From Lama guanicoe (taxonomy: Eukaryota), in contig MU055922.1 in NCBI GenBank assembly GCA_013239625.1, positions 8,026,080 to 8,090,079 on the forward strand: 64,000 nucleotides of DNA, in the 5' to 3' direction. The position numbers were made by a program, and so were the translations under genes. Below, one piece after another: positions 13,757 to 24,184 of the stretch; within the stretch, counting starts at the first letter, position 1, and every line of letters starts with the position of its first letter. Below the pieces are notes generated by a model. It was not told the DNA's origin. It saw only the letters and a list, made by a program, of their open reading frames with translations, and did no database searches.

Positions 13757-14020
13757 CTGTCGGGGCCGTGGTGTCGGCCTTCCTGCTCTCCCGGTCTCCC
13801 TTCTGGGCCCACACGTGGACCGTGTACTCCACGCCCGGCCTCAGGCCCGACAGGACAGTGCTGCGCTGCTCCTTGCCCACCGGGACCTCCCTGGTGTCTC
13901 CATCAGCGGAGGTGTAGCGCACCATGTACCTGTCGATGACGGCCTGCACCGGGTCCCAGGAGACGGTGGCCGTGTCCTCTGTCACCTGGTCGGTCACTAA
14001 GTTTTTAGGGCTGTCAATGT
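13757..14020 (-). CDS. TNN: TNN exon 11: FN3 repeat copy, intact
   Basis: 264 nt; DIDSPKNLVTDQVTEDTATVSWDP...KADTTAPT; tttcag| and G|GTAAC. Confidence 0.93.
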
Positions 14021-14604
14021 CTGAAAGGAAAAGTGCACTATTAGCAAGCACCGAAGAGTGAGACCATGTTGCCTGGGGTGAGGCAGTCTGCATTCTTATG
14101 CTTTCCCCATCTCCTCTGTGGATTTTCAGTTGTTTCATGAACATAGACCTTCTCCCTACAGCTGGACTCTTGGGTCCTCAGGGAGGCAGCACAGAACAGT
14201 AGAATGAGCACTAGGTCCTGAGTCAGTAGAGCTGCATTCTAGTCCCAGCCCGGAGCAGAGGGGCAGGAGCAGAGGGCAGAAGGAGCCCTGGGCTGGAGTC
14301 AGCAGACCAAGGATCTCGGCCCAGCTCCGCCATCAGCCAGAGGCGGCCCTGAACAACTCTGTCTCCTCTGGCTGGGCCGCCGTTCCTCACTTGTAAAATG
14401 TGGGCCTTGCCAAACGGATTTTAAGGCGCCATAAGATTCTCTGACTATTCCACAAGTCTGACGCCATGAATCAGCCGCTAACTTTGGGACTTGTAGAAAT
14501 CATTCACGTCTCTGTCTTTGAGGTTTCTCAACTGTAAAATGGAGACATTGATTCCTCATCTAGCCACCTCAACAAATTCCTCTGAGTACCAACTAAATGA
14601 GGAA

Positions 14605-15255
14605 TATAATTCTCATTCATTGCTGGTAGGACTATAAAATAGTGCCACCTCTCTGGAAACAATTTGGCAGCTCCTCGAAAGTTAAACATTGAATTACCAT
14701 ATGACCCCGCAATTCCACTCCTAGGTGGATTGCTGAAAGAAGTGAAAACATACATCCACACAAAAATTTGTACACAAATGCTCATAAACATCATTATTCA
14801 CAACAACCAAAAATGGAAACAGTNNNNNNNNNNNNNNNNNNNNNNNNNNNNNNNNNNNNNNNNNNNNNNNNNNNNNNNNNNNNNNNNNNNNNNNNNNNNN
14901 NNNNNNNNNNNNNNNNNNNNNNNNNNNNNNNNNNNNNNNNNNNNNNNNNNNNNNNNNNNNNNNNNNNNNNNNNNNNNNNNNNNNNNNNNGAATCTATTTA
15001 TGTGAAATGTCCTGAATAAGGAAATCTCTAGAGACAGAAGCTAGCAGTTTCCTAAGGCTGGAGGAAGCAAGGATGGGGAATGACTGCTGATGGGTACAGG
15101 GTTTGGTTTTGAGGGTGATGAAAATATTCTGAAGTGGACAGTGGTGATGGTGGTACAATTCTGAATATACCAAAAACCACTGAATCATACACTTTAAAAG
15201 GGTGAAATTTTATAGTACATAAATTGTAACTTAATAAGTCTGTACTTTAAAAACA
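14605..15255 (+). mobile_element. L1 (L1M-type) ORF2 end/3'UTR fragment, spans N gap 14824-14989
   Basis: KLNIELPYDPAIPLLG-like ORF2 C-terminal relic followed by a typical L1M 3'UTR. Confidence 0.85.
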
Positions 15256-15776
15256 AGGAAACATAGATGAAACAGCTTTAAAAATTATGAACAGTTATTG
15301 TACAAAAGTGCAACCTTAAGAGCCTCAGAATGGAGCACACAGCACTCAGAAGAGGATTGATCCACTGAGAAAACAATAACACTTCTTTGTTCCAAAGAGT
15401 CGACAGCAGAAGCCATTTCCCTGAAGAGCTTAGCTCACAAATCCTAACATACATGGTTTCTTTATATTTCTTCCATTTCAAGAAGAAATATTTAATGAGT
15501 GACCACAAAGGAAATACACAACTGGAAGAACAGTGGGTGGATAAAACAAATCACCATTTATCTTTAGAAGATCAAGTACGAGGCCGAATATGAGCTCCTT
15601 ATTTTGATATAACGTGTAAAAAGGAAGTGAGGGGCGGTGTGTGGTTTAACCCAAGTCTGCCATCCTGCTCTTCCATAAATCATCAACTGCCAATGTCACA
15701 GCAGGAAAACAAAACTCGACCAGCCATAGACTTAGCATGACAGGACCAACACTCCCAAAGAACGATGCTCCGTTAC

Positions 15777-16035
15777 CTGTCGGGGCCGTGGTGTCGGCCT
15801 TCCTGCTCTCCCGGTCTCCCTTCTGGGCCCACACGTGGACCGTGTACTCCACGCCCGGCCTCAGGCCCGTCAGGACGGTGCTGCTCCTTGCCCACCGGGA
15901 CCTCCCTGGCGTCTCCATCAGCGGAGGTGTAGCGCACCATGTACCTGTCGATGACGGCCTGCACCGGGTCCCAGGAGACGGTGGCCGTGTCCTCTGTCAC
16001 CTGGTCAGTCACCAGATTTTGGGGGCTGTCAATGT
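15777..16035 (-). pseudogene. TNN: TNN exon 10: FN3 repeat copy with a 5-nt deletion (frameshift)
   Basis: 259 nt between canonical AG and GT. The plus strand reads acggtgctgctccttg versus acggtgctgcgctgctccttg in siblings (~15880). If spliced to exon 11 the shifted frame reads AGA CAT TGA (stop). Confidence 0.85.
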
Positions 16036-16764
16036 CTGAAAGGAAAATGATAATGAATAAACAGTATTAACAGAGTGAGACTTTGTGGCCACATTGCTTG
16101 GGGTGAGGCCGTTTCCCATTCTCATGGTTTTCCTATCTCAGGTGCCAATTTTCAGTTGTTCCGTGGGTGTGGACCTCTTTCCACATCTGGAATTCATGGG
16201 TTTTCAAGAATAAGTAGCAGACCCAAAGCCACAAGAGCCATGGCCTTGGCTTCTTCACCCGTAAACCTGGGCTTCAGGTTGGACGAACTCTAAGGTTGCT
16301 TCAAGCCCTCATGGTCCACGAGTGCATCTCATTTCATAAATTACTAACTCGTTTCGTGACCTTGGGCAAGTCAATGGATTTCTCTGCATTGGTAACATGG
16401 GGTTGTTAATAGTTATTGTACACATCTCTCTGGGTGGCTCCAAAAACCAAGAGAAAAAATATCATCTAAAAAAGGGGCCTTGAAAATATTACAGTATTAC
16501 AGTGTTTACAGAGAAAAAGGCAGCTGGAGATAATATCTGTGTATCTCCCACAGAGTTGTGGGGGCATTCTGTGACTTAACAACACACCCCTGGTGACAGT
16601 TTCTGGCACAGAGTGAATGTCCAATGACCATAAGCTACTTTAAATGCTATGAGTTTGTTGATATTTTATGAGTGTTCCAGATTATGTTCCTCCATACCAC
16701 ACACAGAGAAGGTGTTCAGGAATGTATTCACCAAGAAAATAACAGAGCTTCTTTGTTCCACATA

Positions 16765-17221
16765 CAGGCAGATCTCATCTTACTGTGCTTCACTTTACTG
16801 TGCTTTTTACAAATTGAAGGTTTGTGGCAACCTTGCGCCCAGCAAGTCTACCAGGGTCACTTTTCCAACAGCATTTGCTCACTTCGTGTCTCTGGGTCAC
16901 ATTTTGGTAATTCCTGCCATATTTCAAACTTTTCCACTGCTCTTCTGTTTGTTACAGTGATCTGTGGTCAGTGATCTTTGATGTTACTACAGTTCGCTGG
17001 AGGCTTCTGTGATGGTTAGCATTTTTTAGCACTAAAGTGTTTTTTAATTACAGCATCTACATTTGTTAGACAATGCTATTGCACGTTTAATAGGCTACAG
17101 TGCAGCGTAAACATATCTTTGTTATGCACTGGGAAACAAAAAATTTACGTGACTTTACTGTGACATTCACTTCATTGTGGTGGTCTGGACACGAACCGGC
17201 AACATCTCCAAGCTACGCCTG
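16765..17221 (+). mobile_element. Internally deleted Tigger1 (TcMar-Tigger) non-autonomous DNA transposon
   Basis: TA|CAGGCA...CGCCTG|TA ends; TTTTACAAATTGAAGGTTTGTGGCAACC left-end and GCACTGGGAAAC...GTGGTCTGG right-end sequences joined without the transposase. Confidence 0.85.
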
Positions 17222-17577
17222 TAGCTCACTGCAAAAGCCATTTGCCTAAAGCCTTTGCTCCTAGGTCCTGTCACATAGGTGCAATGACATGTTCAAGTGG
17301 GACTATTCCTACCTGGGCTTAGGCTGCGACCCCAAGAAAACTGGTACCTACATTCCAACCTGAGGAACCTACAGTCAAAGTGGGACCAACAGTTCTGTGG
17401 CCCTTGACCGACCAACCCTCTCCAGACTATGAAAGAGGTTGGAAAGCGCAAAAAGGTGGGACTTCAAGAGTGGACTTCTCTGGGGAGAGTTACACTGTGA
17501 GTCCCATGGGTGAGATCCAAGCCTCGAACAAGCAGTTGCAGTGGGATCCCTTACAGAGCTGCTTAGGTACACTCTAG

Positions 17578-17746
17578 GGCCGTGGTTCCCAACCAGGGGC
17601 CATCAGTGTGCGAGGGGGAGGCTCCCGGCTTCTAATGGCTAGAGGCCAGGGACGCGGCTAAACAACCTTCAGTGTGCGAGACAGACCCCTGCAACAAAGA
17701 ATTAGCCAGCCCACAATATCAACAGCGCCACGGTTGAGAAACCTGC
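17578..17746. mobile_element. MER20-like hAT-Charlie fragment
   Basis: GTGGTTCCCAACC...GAGGCCAGGGACGCGGCTAAACA...GGTTGAGAAACCTG. Confidence 0.7.
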
Positions 17747-18969
17747 CCAAAGACTGGGGAGCACCGTGGGCTGGTGTCTGACACGTACCCAAAATATCTG
17801 AGAGGAGACTAAATGGTGGGCTGCTCTGCTGCAGAGCGACCAGAGGCTGCATCCCCGCAGAACATCTGGCTGCACAGACAAAGGACGTGTGTGTGTGTTC
17901 CCCAGGTCCAGGTGTGGGCCAAGGACAGGAGAGCCCATCTGGGATTGTTTTAGAAGCTGCCCAAGAGGATCACCCAGAGGGGTGAGGTGACCCCCCCCAA
18001 AGAAGGGCACTGGAGTGCACCTCAAGATGTGTGGGCCGAGGAAGGGGAGTAGGTGCCCAGCAGGAGAGGTGCACGTGCCCACGGGATCACCACTGAGAAA
18101 GATCTGAGTGAAAGAGGACAGGGGAGGTGTCTCTGAAGAACCAGGGAAATGCTCCCCGGGGAAGAAGGCAGCTTTAACTCTTCCAGCCCCGTGACAGTCC
18201 CAAGCCAGCTGTGACTGTTGTCCTCAAGCAAAAGCCCTCCCTCTCCTCCTCCTGACCCCTCACTGCATTTGCTCCCAGCTGCACCAAACATCAATGGGTC
18301 AGAAGCTGCAGTGAGCACGCCGGAAGGACAGCGCCTGAAGAATAGAAGGGAAATACAAGAGGAGCTGAGGCAGCGAAGGGCCCAAGCTGACGGAGAGGAG
18401 AGGTTTAACTTTAAACGAAGGATGTACAATGACACGGATGCAGACATCTTAATCACTAACACAATACACGCTGGGGGCTGAAAGTGATGAGATAGTTGCT
18501 TATTTTCAGTTAATAAAACACTGATATTATTTCTGCCTAAAACGTTCATCCAAAGGTCAGAAACAAAAATAAGCCCCGTGGAAAGGGTTTAAACAAGTAA
18601 AGAGAGCAAAGAAGCTGCTTTTGGATCAACTGTCCCTCAGCGTGATAGTTCCTTGCACTTTCTTCATATTTATTCCTTCCCAACCTGAAGCATTTAGGTG
18701 TTCGTAACAAAGAAGGTGCACGGGCAGAGAACGAAGGACAATGAGCAATCATCTCAATGTTTAAAGACGAAACTTAGATCTTTAACCAAACAGGAAAAGC
18801 TGTGCATTCTGGGAGAAGCCATTCCATGGACGTGAGGGGTACACAGCTTACCACGCAACGACACCAGCCTGCTCATCCTTCAACTTCCCTTTCAGCCAAG
18901 GTCAGAGCAGGAAAATCAGCCTAGACAGACCATGAGCTTAGCAGTGACACAATGACGATGCTCCGTTAC

Positions 18970-19233
18970 CTGTCGGGGCCGTGGTGTCGGCCTTCCTGCT
19001 CTCCTGGTCTCCCTTCTGGGCCCACACGTGGATCGTGTACTCCACGCCTGGCCTCAGGCCCGTCAGGATGGTGCTGCGCTGCTCCCTGCCCACCGGAACC
19101 TCCCTGATGTCTCCATCAGCAGAGGTGTAGCGCACCATGTATCTGTCGATGACGGCCTGCACTGGGTCCCAGGAGACGGTGGCTGTGTCCTCTGTCACCT
19201 GGTCGGTCACCAGGTTTTGGGGGCTGTCAATTT
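18970..19233 (-). CDS. TNN: TNN exon 9: FN3 repeat copy, intact
   Basis: 264 nt, phase 1-1; EIDSPQNLVTDQVTEDTATVSWDP...KGDQESRKADTTAPT. Confidence 0.93.
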
Positions 19234-19887
19234 CTTTAAGAAAATGTTTGAGAAAGCCTAAGCTTTGGGGCTGTGTAAGAGATGCCCCCTACCCCATCAG
19301 CATGCCGTTCATCTTCCAGAGCCCTCCCAGCACGAGGCAATGGTATTCCCATTCCCAGTCGAGGTGGGAGTTGAGGGGAAAAGCAGCCCCTGGTTCTCCT
19401 TTTCAAAGGAATACTCATTATAAACTTGACATATGTTCTTGGCTTTCAGCTCCCTAAAATGTAGGGGAGACATTGTCTTCCTAGGAACATCATGGCCCAT
19501 CAAAACAATCCATTAGGCATCTGCCATGACTTCAGGGTATCTAATTTATCATTTTATCTAAAGCTACTTCCTAAGCAATCATTCTGTAAGGATTATCACA
19601 AGCATTGCAATGACCAGATCCTAACAGTGTCTTTGCTGAGTCTGGTAAAAACATGGGCATCACCCAGCTTTATTTGGGTCTTCTAGTCAGTTGAGTGACT
19701 CCGTGAGTGGCTATCGCCATCGGAGAAGAGCAACACGTGGAGGTCACCACTAGAACTCACTGTCTTTTCTGAACTTTAAGACTTTCTTTGCAAAGTTTCT
19801 CAGTTCAAGTCACATCTTTTGGTACCATGTACACCCAAATCCACACCCTCAAAATTCAATTCCAATTGACCATCCTTATCCTGTTAC

Positions 19888-20149
19888 CTGTCGGGGCCGT
19901 GGTGTCGGCCTTCCTGCTCTCCCGGTCTCCCTTCTGCGCCCACACGTGGACCGTGTACTCCACGCCCGGCCTCAGGCCCGTCAGGACGGTGCTGCGCTGC
20001 TCCTTGCCCACCGGAACCTCCCTGGCGTCTCCATCAGCAGGTGTAGCGCACCATGTACCTGTCGATGACGGCCTGCACCGGGTCCCAGGAGACGGTAGCT
20101 GTGTCCTCTGTCACCTGGTCGGTCACCAGGTTTTGGGGGCTGTCAATTT
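19888..20149 (-). pseudogene. TNN: TNN exon 8: FN3 repeat copy with a 2-nt deletion and immediate premature TGA (pseudoexon, mutant allele or assembly error)
   Basis: 262 nt between canonical AG and GT instead of 264. The plus strand reads ccatcagcaggtgtag where sibling copies read ccatcagcagaggtgtag or ccatcagcggaggtgtag. The minus frame becomes TAC ACC TGC TGA (stop at 20034-20036). Confidence 0.85.
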
Positions 20150-21800
20150 CTTTAAGAGAGATGAAAGAGTGTGGCATTTATCAACTCTCTAATTAGTGAG
20201 AGCCCAACACAAAAACAACCCAAATGATGACCTCAACAAATTTCAGAGTCTGTTACATGCCAATGATTGGGATTCTTTAAGGGCTTAATTAAGCAAATGG
20301 TCTGAAATTTCCAAGACTGAGCTATTTGCATTTAATAAGAATGGGTTTTCAGACAAAGCCAAGACAAAGTCTCAACTCTATAAACTTTTTCCACAAATGG
20401 CCTTTGGTTAAAAAGAATTAGTCTGCATTTACAAATTCCTCCTCCACCCTGGATTTATATATTATACTCTTTCAGTTTCTGACTCCTTGTACCTGAAAGC
20501 AATTATACTTCAATAAATCTTTGCATCAGCTCTAATATTTTCCTTCGGAAGAAAAATATCCCAGAAGCAGGAGCTGTCAGTTCTTTCCATATAAAACATT
20601 ATGTCTGAGGCCAGAGAACCAGGAGACTTTTTAAGTGATGATATTTAAGGTCTAGGCTGATAAAAATAATTCTACATGTAGAATCTGCACGGGTTTCTAT
20701 GCAGCTAAACTAGGTTAAAACCAGGCCTCCACTGTTTCCTGTTGCCAACTTTGGACAAACTGTAATTTAAGTCTTGTCTCCTCATCTCTACAAAGAAGGA
20801 AATAACAGTACCTACTTCTTGGTTACGGCGCATAGTAAATGCTTATATATGAGCTCTTTGCTATTACCAATGTCATGTGAAGTATGAAATACCACTTTCT
20901 CCTCAAAATGTAAACCCTTTAACAGTCAAAAATCCAAGGAACTGGGCGCAATGATTAGCATGCCTTTATTATCCTGTTTCGGAAACCACCTCCTTAAAAG
21001 GCTGAGCCTTCTGTGACAGCGGCTGCATTCAGAAGCCGGGCACCACCACCTGCCACGCTCGGCCAGGCCAGCGTGGTGGGATACACGTAGCCGAGCGGGA
21101 CCTTGCCAGAAGGAGCACGGAGCACGGGACGCACCGCAGACGGCGGACATGTAAGGACAAGCAGGGCGTCTGGGATTCTGAGCAGGCTTCAGTGCCCCAG
21201 CCTCATCCTTCCCTACTCCGCCCCTCTCACAGCCGGTCCACCACAAGCACCACAAAGGATGACATACCTCATTAAGTGCATATGAAGACACAACAGAGAA
21301 CCAGCCTGTCACATCCCCACACCTCAGGCCTTGGCAGATGCTGCCCCCACGGCTAACACCCACCCATCTATCCTTCCAGGCCCTGTTCAGGCGCTCCTCC
21401 TCCTGCGGGCTGCCATGACCCCTCCCATCCCAGTCTGTGGTAGGTGCCCTTTTTCCAGGTTCCCATAGTTCCAGGGTTATTTGTTTGCTCTAGAATACAG
21501 CTCTCTGCACTTCTTTTTCACCTGTCTTCCCCACCTGGGGGATTGTGAACACCGTGTGAGCACAATGTGTCCTTTATCTCTATAGCCCCAAAGCCTAGCT
21601 CTGTGCCTGACACCCTCGGCAATGCCACACGCCAGTGCTTCCCCAGGACCGGGGCTAATTACTCACACCACCCCTGCCTGCGAGAGGAGAAGGCTCTTCT
21701 CTGCTCCCACCTCCACTGTCTCCAAAAGGCTGACCCACATGCTCTTCCTTCTCACAACACTCAAAATCCCAGTAAATGGAAGGCCATGTCCAATATAAAC

Positions 21801-22020
21801 CAGGAGATGGCAAGCTACAGCCCATGGGCCAAGCCTGACCCACTGACTATTTTTATAAATCAGGTTGTGCAGGAGCACAGCTGTGCTAGTTCATTCACAC
21901 GTTGTCTATGTCTGCTCTGTCATTTCAGCGTCAGAGCTGAGCAGTTGTAACAGACTGTTCAGCACCCAGAGCCAAAAACATCTGCTCTCTGGCTTTTCAC
22001 AGAAGGTTTTCTGACCTTGA
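21801..22020. mobile_element. MER58A-like hAT-Charlie element
   Basis: CAGG..TGGCAAGCTACAGCCCATGGGCCAA...CTCTGGC.TTT.ACAGAA...TGACCTTG. Confidence 0.72.
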
Positions 22021-22125
22021 CTTTAAACAATCTAGATCTCACCGTCCTTACTGTCACCTTCTCCTTCTCCTGGAGATGACAGGGCCCACCTGGACCCAGG
22101 AGGTTATGTGTATGCACCACGAACT

Positions 22126-22499
22126 GTCTCTGTGGACTCAATGTTTGTCCCCACCCCCAGCCCCCCACAAATTCATATTTTGAAGCCCTAACCACCATTG
22201 GGATGGTTTTTGGCGGTGGGACAGTTGGGAGGTAATTAAGTTTAGATGAGATCATGAGGTTAGGGCCCGCAGGATGGGGTTAGCGCCTTCCTAAGAAGGA
22301 CAGGCCAGAGCGTCCTCTCTCTGCCGTGTCAGGAAGAAGGCAGCCGTCTGCAAGCCAAGCAGAGGGCTCTCGCCAGGAACCGAATCAGCTGGCACCCAGG
22401 TTGTGGAACTTTCCAGGCTCCAGAACTGCGGGAAATAAATTTCTGGTGTTTAAGCCACCTAGTGGATAGTATTTTGCTACAGCAGCCCCAGCTAAGACA
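22126..22499 (+). mobile_element. MaLR MLT1A-like solo LTR
   Basis: TGTGGACT.AATGTTTGTCCCC...GAAATAAATTTCTG.TGTTTAAGCCACC...GCAGCCCCAGCTAAGACA. Confidence 0.82.
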
Positions 22500-22531
22500 C
22501 ATTTTAAGGAAGAAGTATGACTATCAAGTAC

Positions 22532-22608
22532 GTATGTATATATGTATGTATGTGTGTGTGTATGTATGTGTGTGTGTGTATGTGTGTGTGTGTATGTCTA
22601 TGTGTATG
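22532..22608. repeat. Compound (TG)n/(TATG)n microsatellite followed by a MIR relic (~22610-22790)
   Basis: gtatgtatatatgtatgtatgtgtgtgtg...; CCCCATTTTACAGA MIR core downstream. Confidence 0.85.
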
Positions 22609-23537
22609 CAGCACTATGTCAGGCACTTACCCAAATTAATTCATGTAACCCTCATGATGTAGATACCCATATGCCCCATTTTACAGACAAGAATTTGAGG
22701 AACAGAAGTGAAGGAACTCACCCAGTTAGTAAACGGTAGAGCTGGGATTAAAACCTGGACAGCTAAGCTTCTGAAATCATATTCCTAACTAATTATGTAT
22801 TCTCAGAGGGTCTCTGCATGAAGTGACTGTCCAAGACAGAACCCAATGAATAAGCAAATCCCTTTCTATGATTCCTGTCAAGTGTTCGGAACCTCGGCGG
22901 TCTCCGGGATTAGGCTTCTCTGAGCTCAAGGATAGTGCCAGGGGAGGGTTTCGGCAGCAATGCCTGGGACATGGCCCAGTGTAGTCTCAGGACACCTGCA
23001 GGCCCAAGTTGAGCAGAACAACTGTATGGCATGTGAGCTGTCACAGTTTCTGAAAGCTTAAAGTCAGAATCGGTGCGTTCGGTCAATGTTGACTCAGGAG
23101 GCAAACCATTTCCATGGTCTGAAAGAGAGCTCCAGATTATAGGCAAAGTGCCTGTGCCATCGCTGCAAACTGAGACAGGCATTCAAATTCACGGTCAGCC
23201 AAATGTTTTGAGTTTTAACACCCAAAAAAATGAAAATTAGAAAGTGTTACTCTACTCCGAGGGAGCTGCCTCCGGAATTCCAACCCGAACAAGCATGACC
23301 TTCTGTATCCAATAAAAAGGATGGTCTCTTTTGCTTGAGGTTAAAGGGGAAAAAATTTATAATTATGAAACTTGAAATTGCTTTTGCCACGTCCTCTCCC
23401 ACACCTGCAAGCGTTGATGCTAGGTGGGCATTCGCCTCCTGATTCAAAAATCAGCCATCTCCCGGCCATGAGGAAATCTGCTTATTTAGAGATGGGGGAG
23501 AGAGTAGAAAAAGATAAGAACCCCATTCTTCCGTTAC

Positions 23538-23801
23538 CTGTGAGGGCCTTGGTGTCCGCCTTCTTGCTCTCCCGGTTGCCCCTCTCAGCCCACACGTAGA
23601 CCTCGTACGCCTCTCCCGGCTGCAGGCCCGTCAGCACGGTGCTGCTCTGCTCCCTGGGGACCGCGGTGTCCTTGCTCTCCCCATCAGCGGAGACGTAGCG
23701 TACCACGTACTTATCAATCATGGCCCGGACTGGGTCCCAGGAGACCACCGCCGTGTCTTCCGTCACTCGATCAGTGACCACATTGGCTGGACTATCAATT
23801 T
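23538..23801 (-). CDS. TNN: TNN exon 7: FN3 domain 3 (most diverged member of the repeat family)
   Basis: 264 nt, phase 1-1; EIDSPANVVTDRVTEDTAVVSWDP...ESKKADTKALT. Confidence 0.95.
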
Positions 23802-24009
23802 CTTCATAAAAATATTCAAGAAAGAAAAATTAGAGAAGACACCTGGCTGGCCGAGATCACAGATGTTTCAAGATCTAGTTCATCTGGATGGCCTGGCTTC
23901 ATAGTCTGTGCAATGCAGGAGGCTCTCTCCATCACCCATGACAGGTGGACAACAGGCCTCTGCTGGAACCCTAAGGTGGGAAAGGCCCTCCTGATGGAAT
24001 TCCATTTTT

Positions 24010-24184
24010 ATTTACTTATTTTTAATTCTTATTTTTTAAATTTTTATTTGGGGGAGTTTTTTTGGAGGGGGGAGGTAACTAGGTTTATTTATTTATTATT
24101 TATTTTATCGACAATACTGTGGATTGAATCCAGGACCTTGTGCATGCTAAGCGTGCACTCTACCACTGAGCTATACCCTCCCCC
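24010..24184 (-). mobile_element. tRNA-Ala-derived SINE, camelid Vic-1-like
   Basis: Minus-strand head GGGGAGGGTATAGCTCAGTGGTAGAG...GGTCCTGGATTCAATCC (Pol III A and B boxes), then AAATAAACCTAGTTACCTCCCCC and an A-rich tail. Confidence 0.8.

Noticed and set aside
9159-20149. Repeat-spacer arrangement superficially like a CRISPR array or mobile-element array
   Set aside because: The repeats are 264-nt spliced coding exons in a mammalian gene, separated by kb-scale introns.
15777-20149. Idea that the two frameshifts compensate each other to make a novel-frame segment
   Set aside because: -2 plus -5 is not a multiple of 3, and exon 8 hits a stop codon right after its deletion.
9038-20192. Recurrent plus-strand ORFs over the repeat exons (MDRVLHARP..., ...YLSGPWCRPSCSPG..., ...VGAVVSAFLLSRSPF...)
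   Set aside because: Antisense shadows of GC-rich TNN exons; they recur only because the exons recur.
24110-24184. tRNA-Ala-like sequences (also at 36700-36865)
   Set aside because: Degenerate stems, a SINE body and A-rich tails (with a clear TSD at the 36.6-36.9 kb pair) mark them as SINE heads, not tRNA genes.
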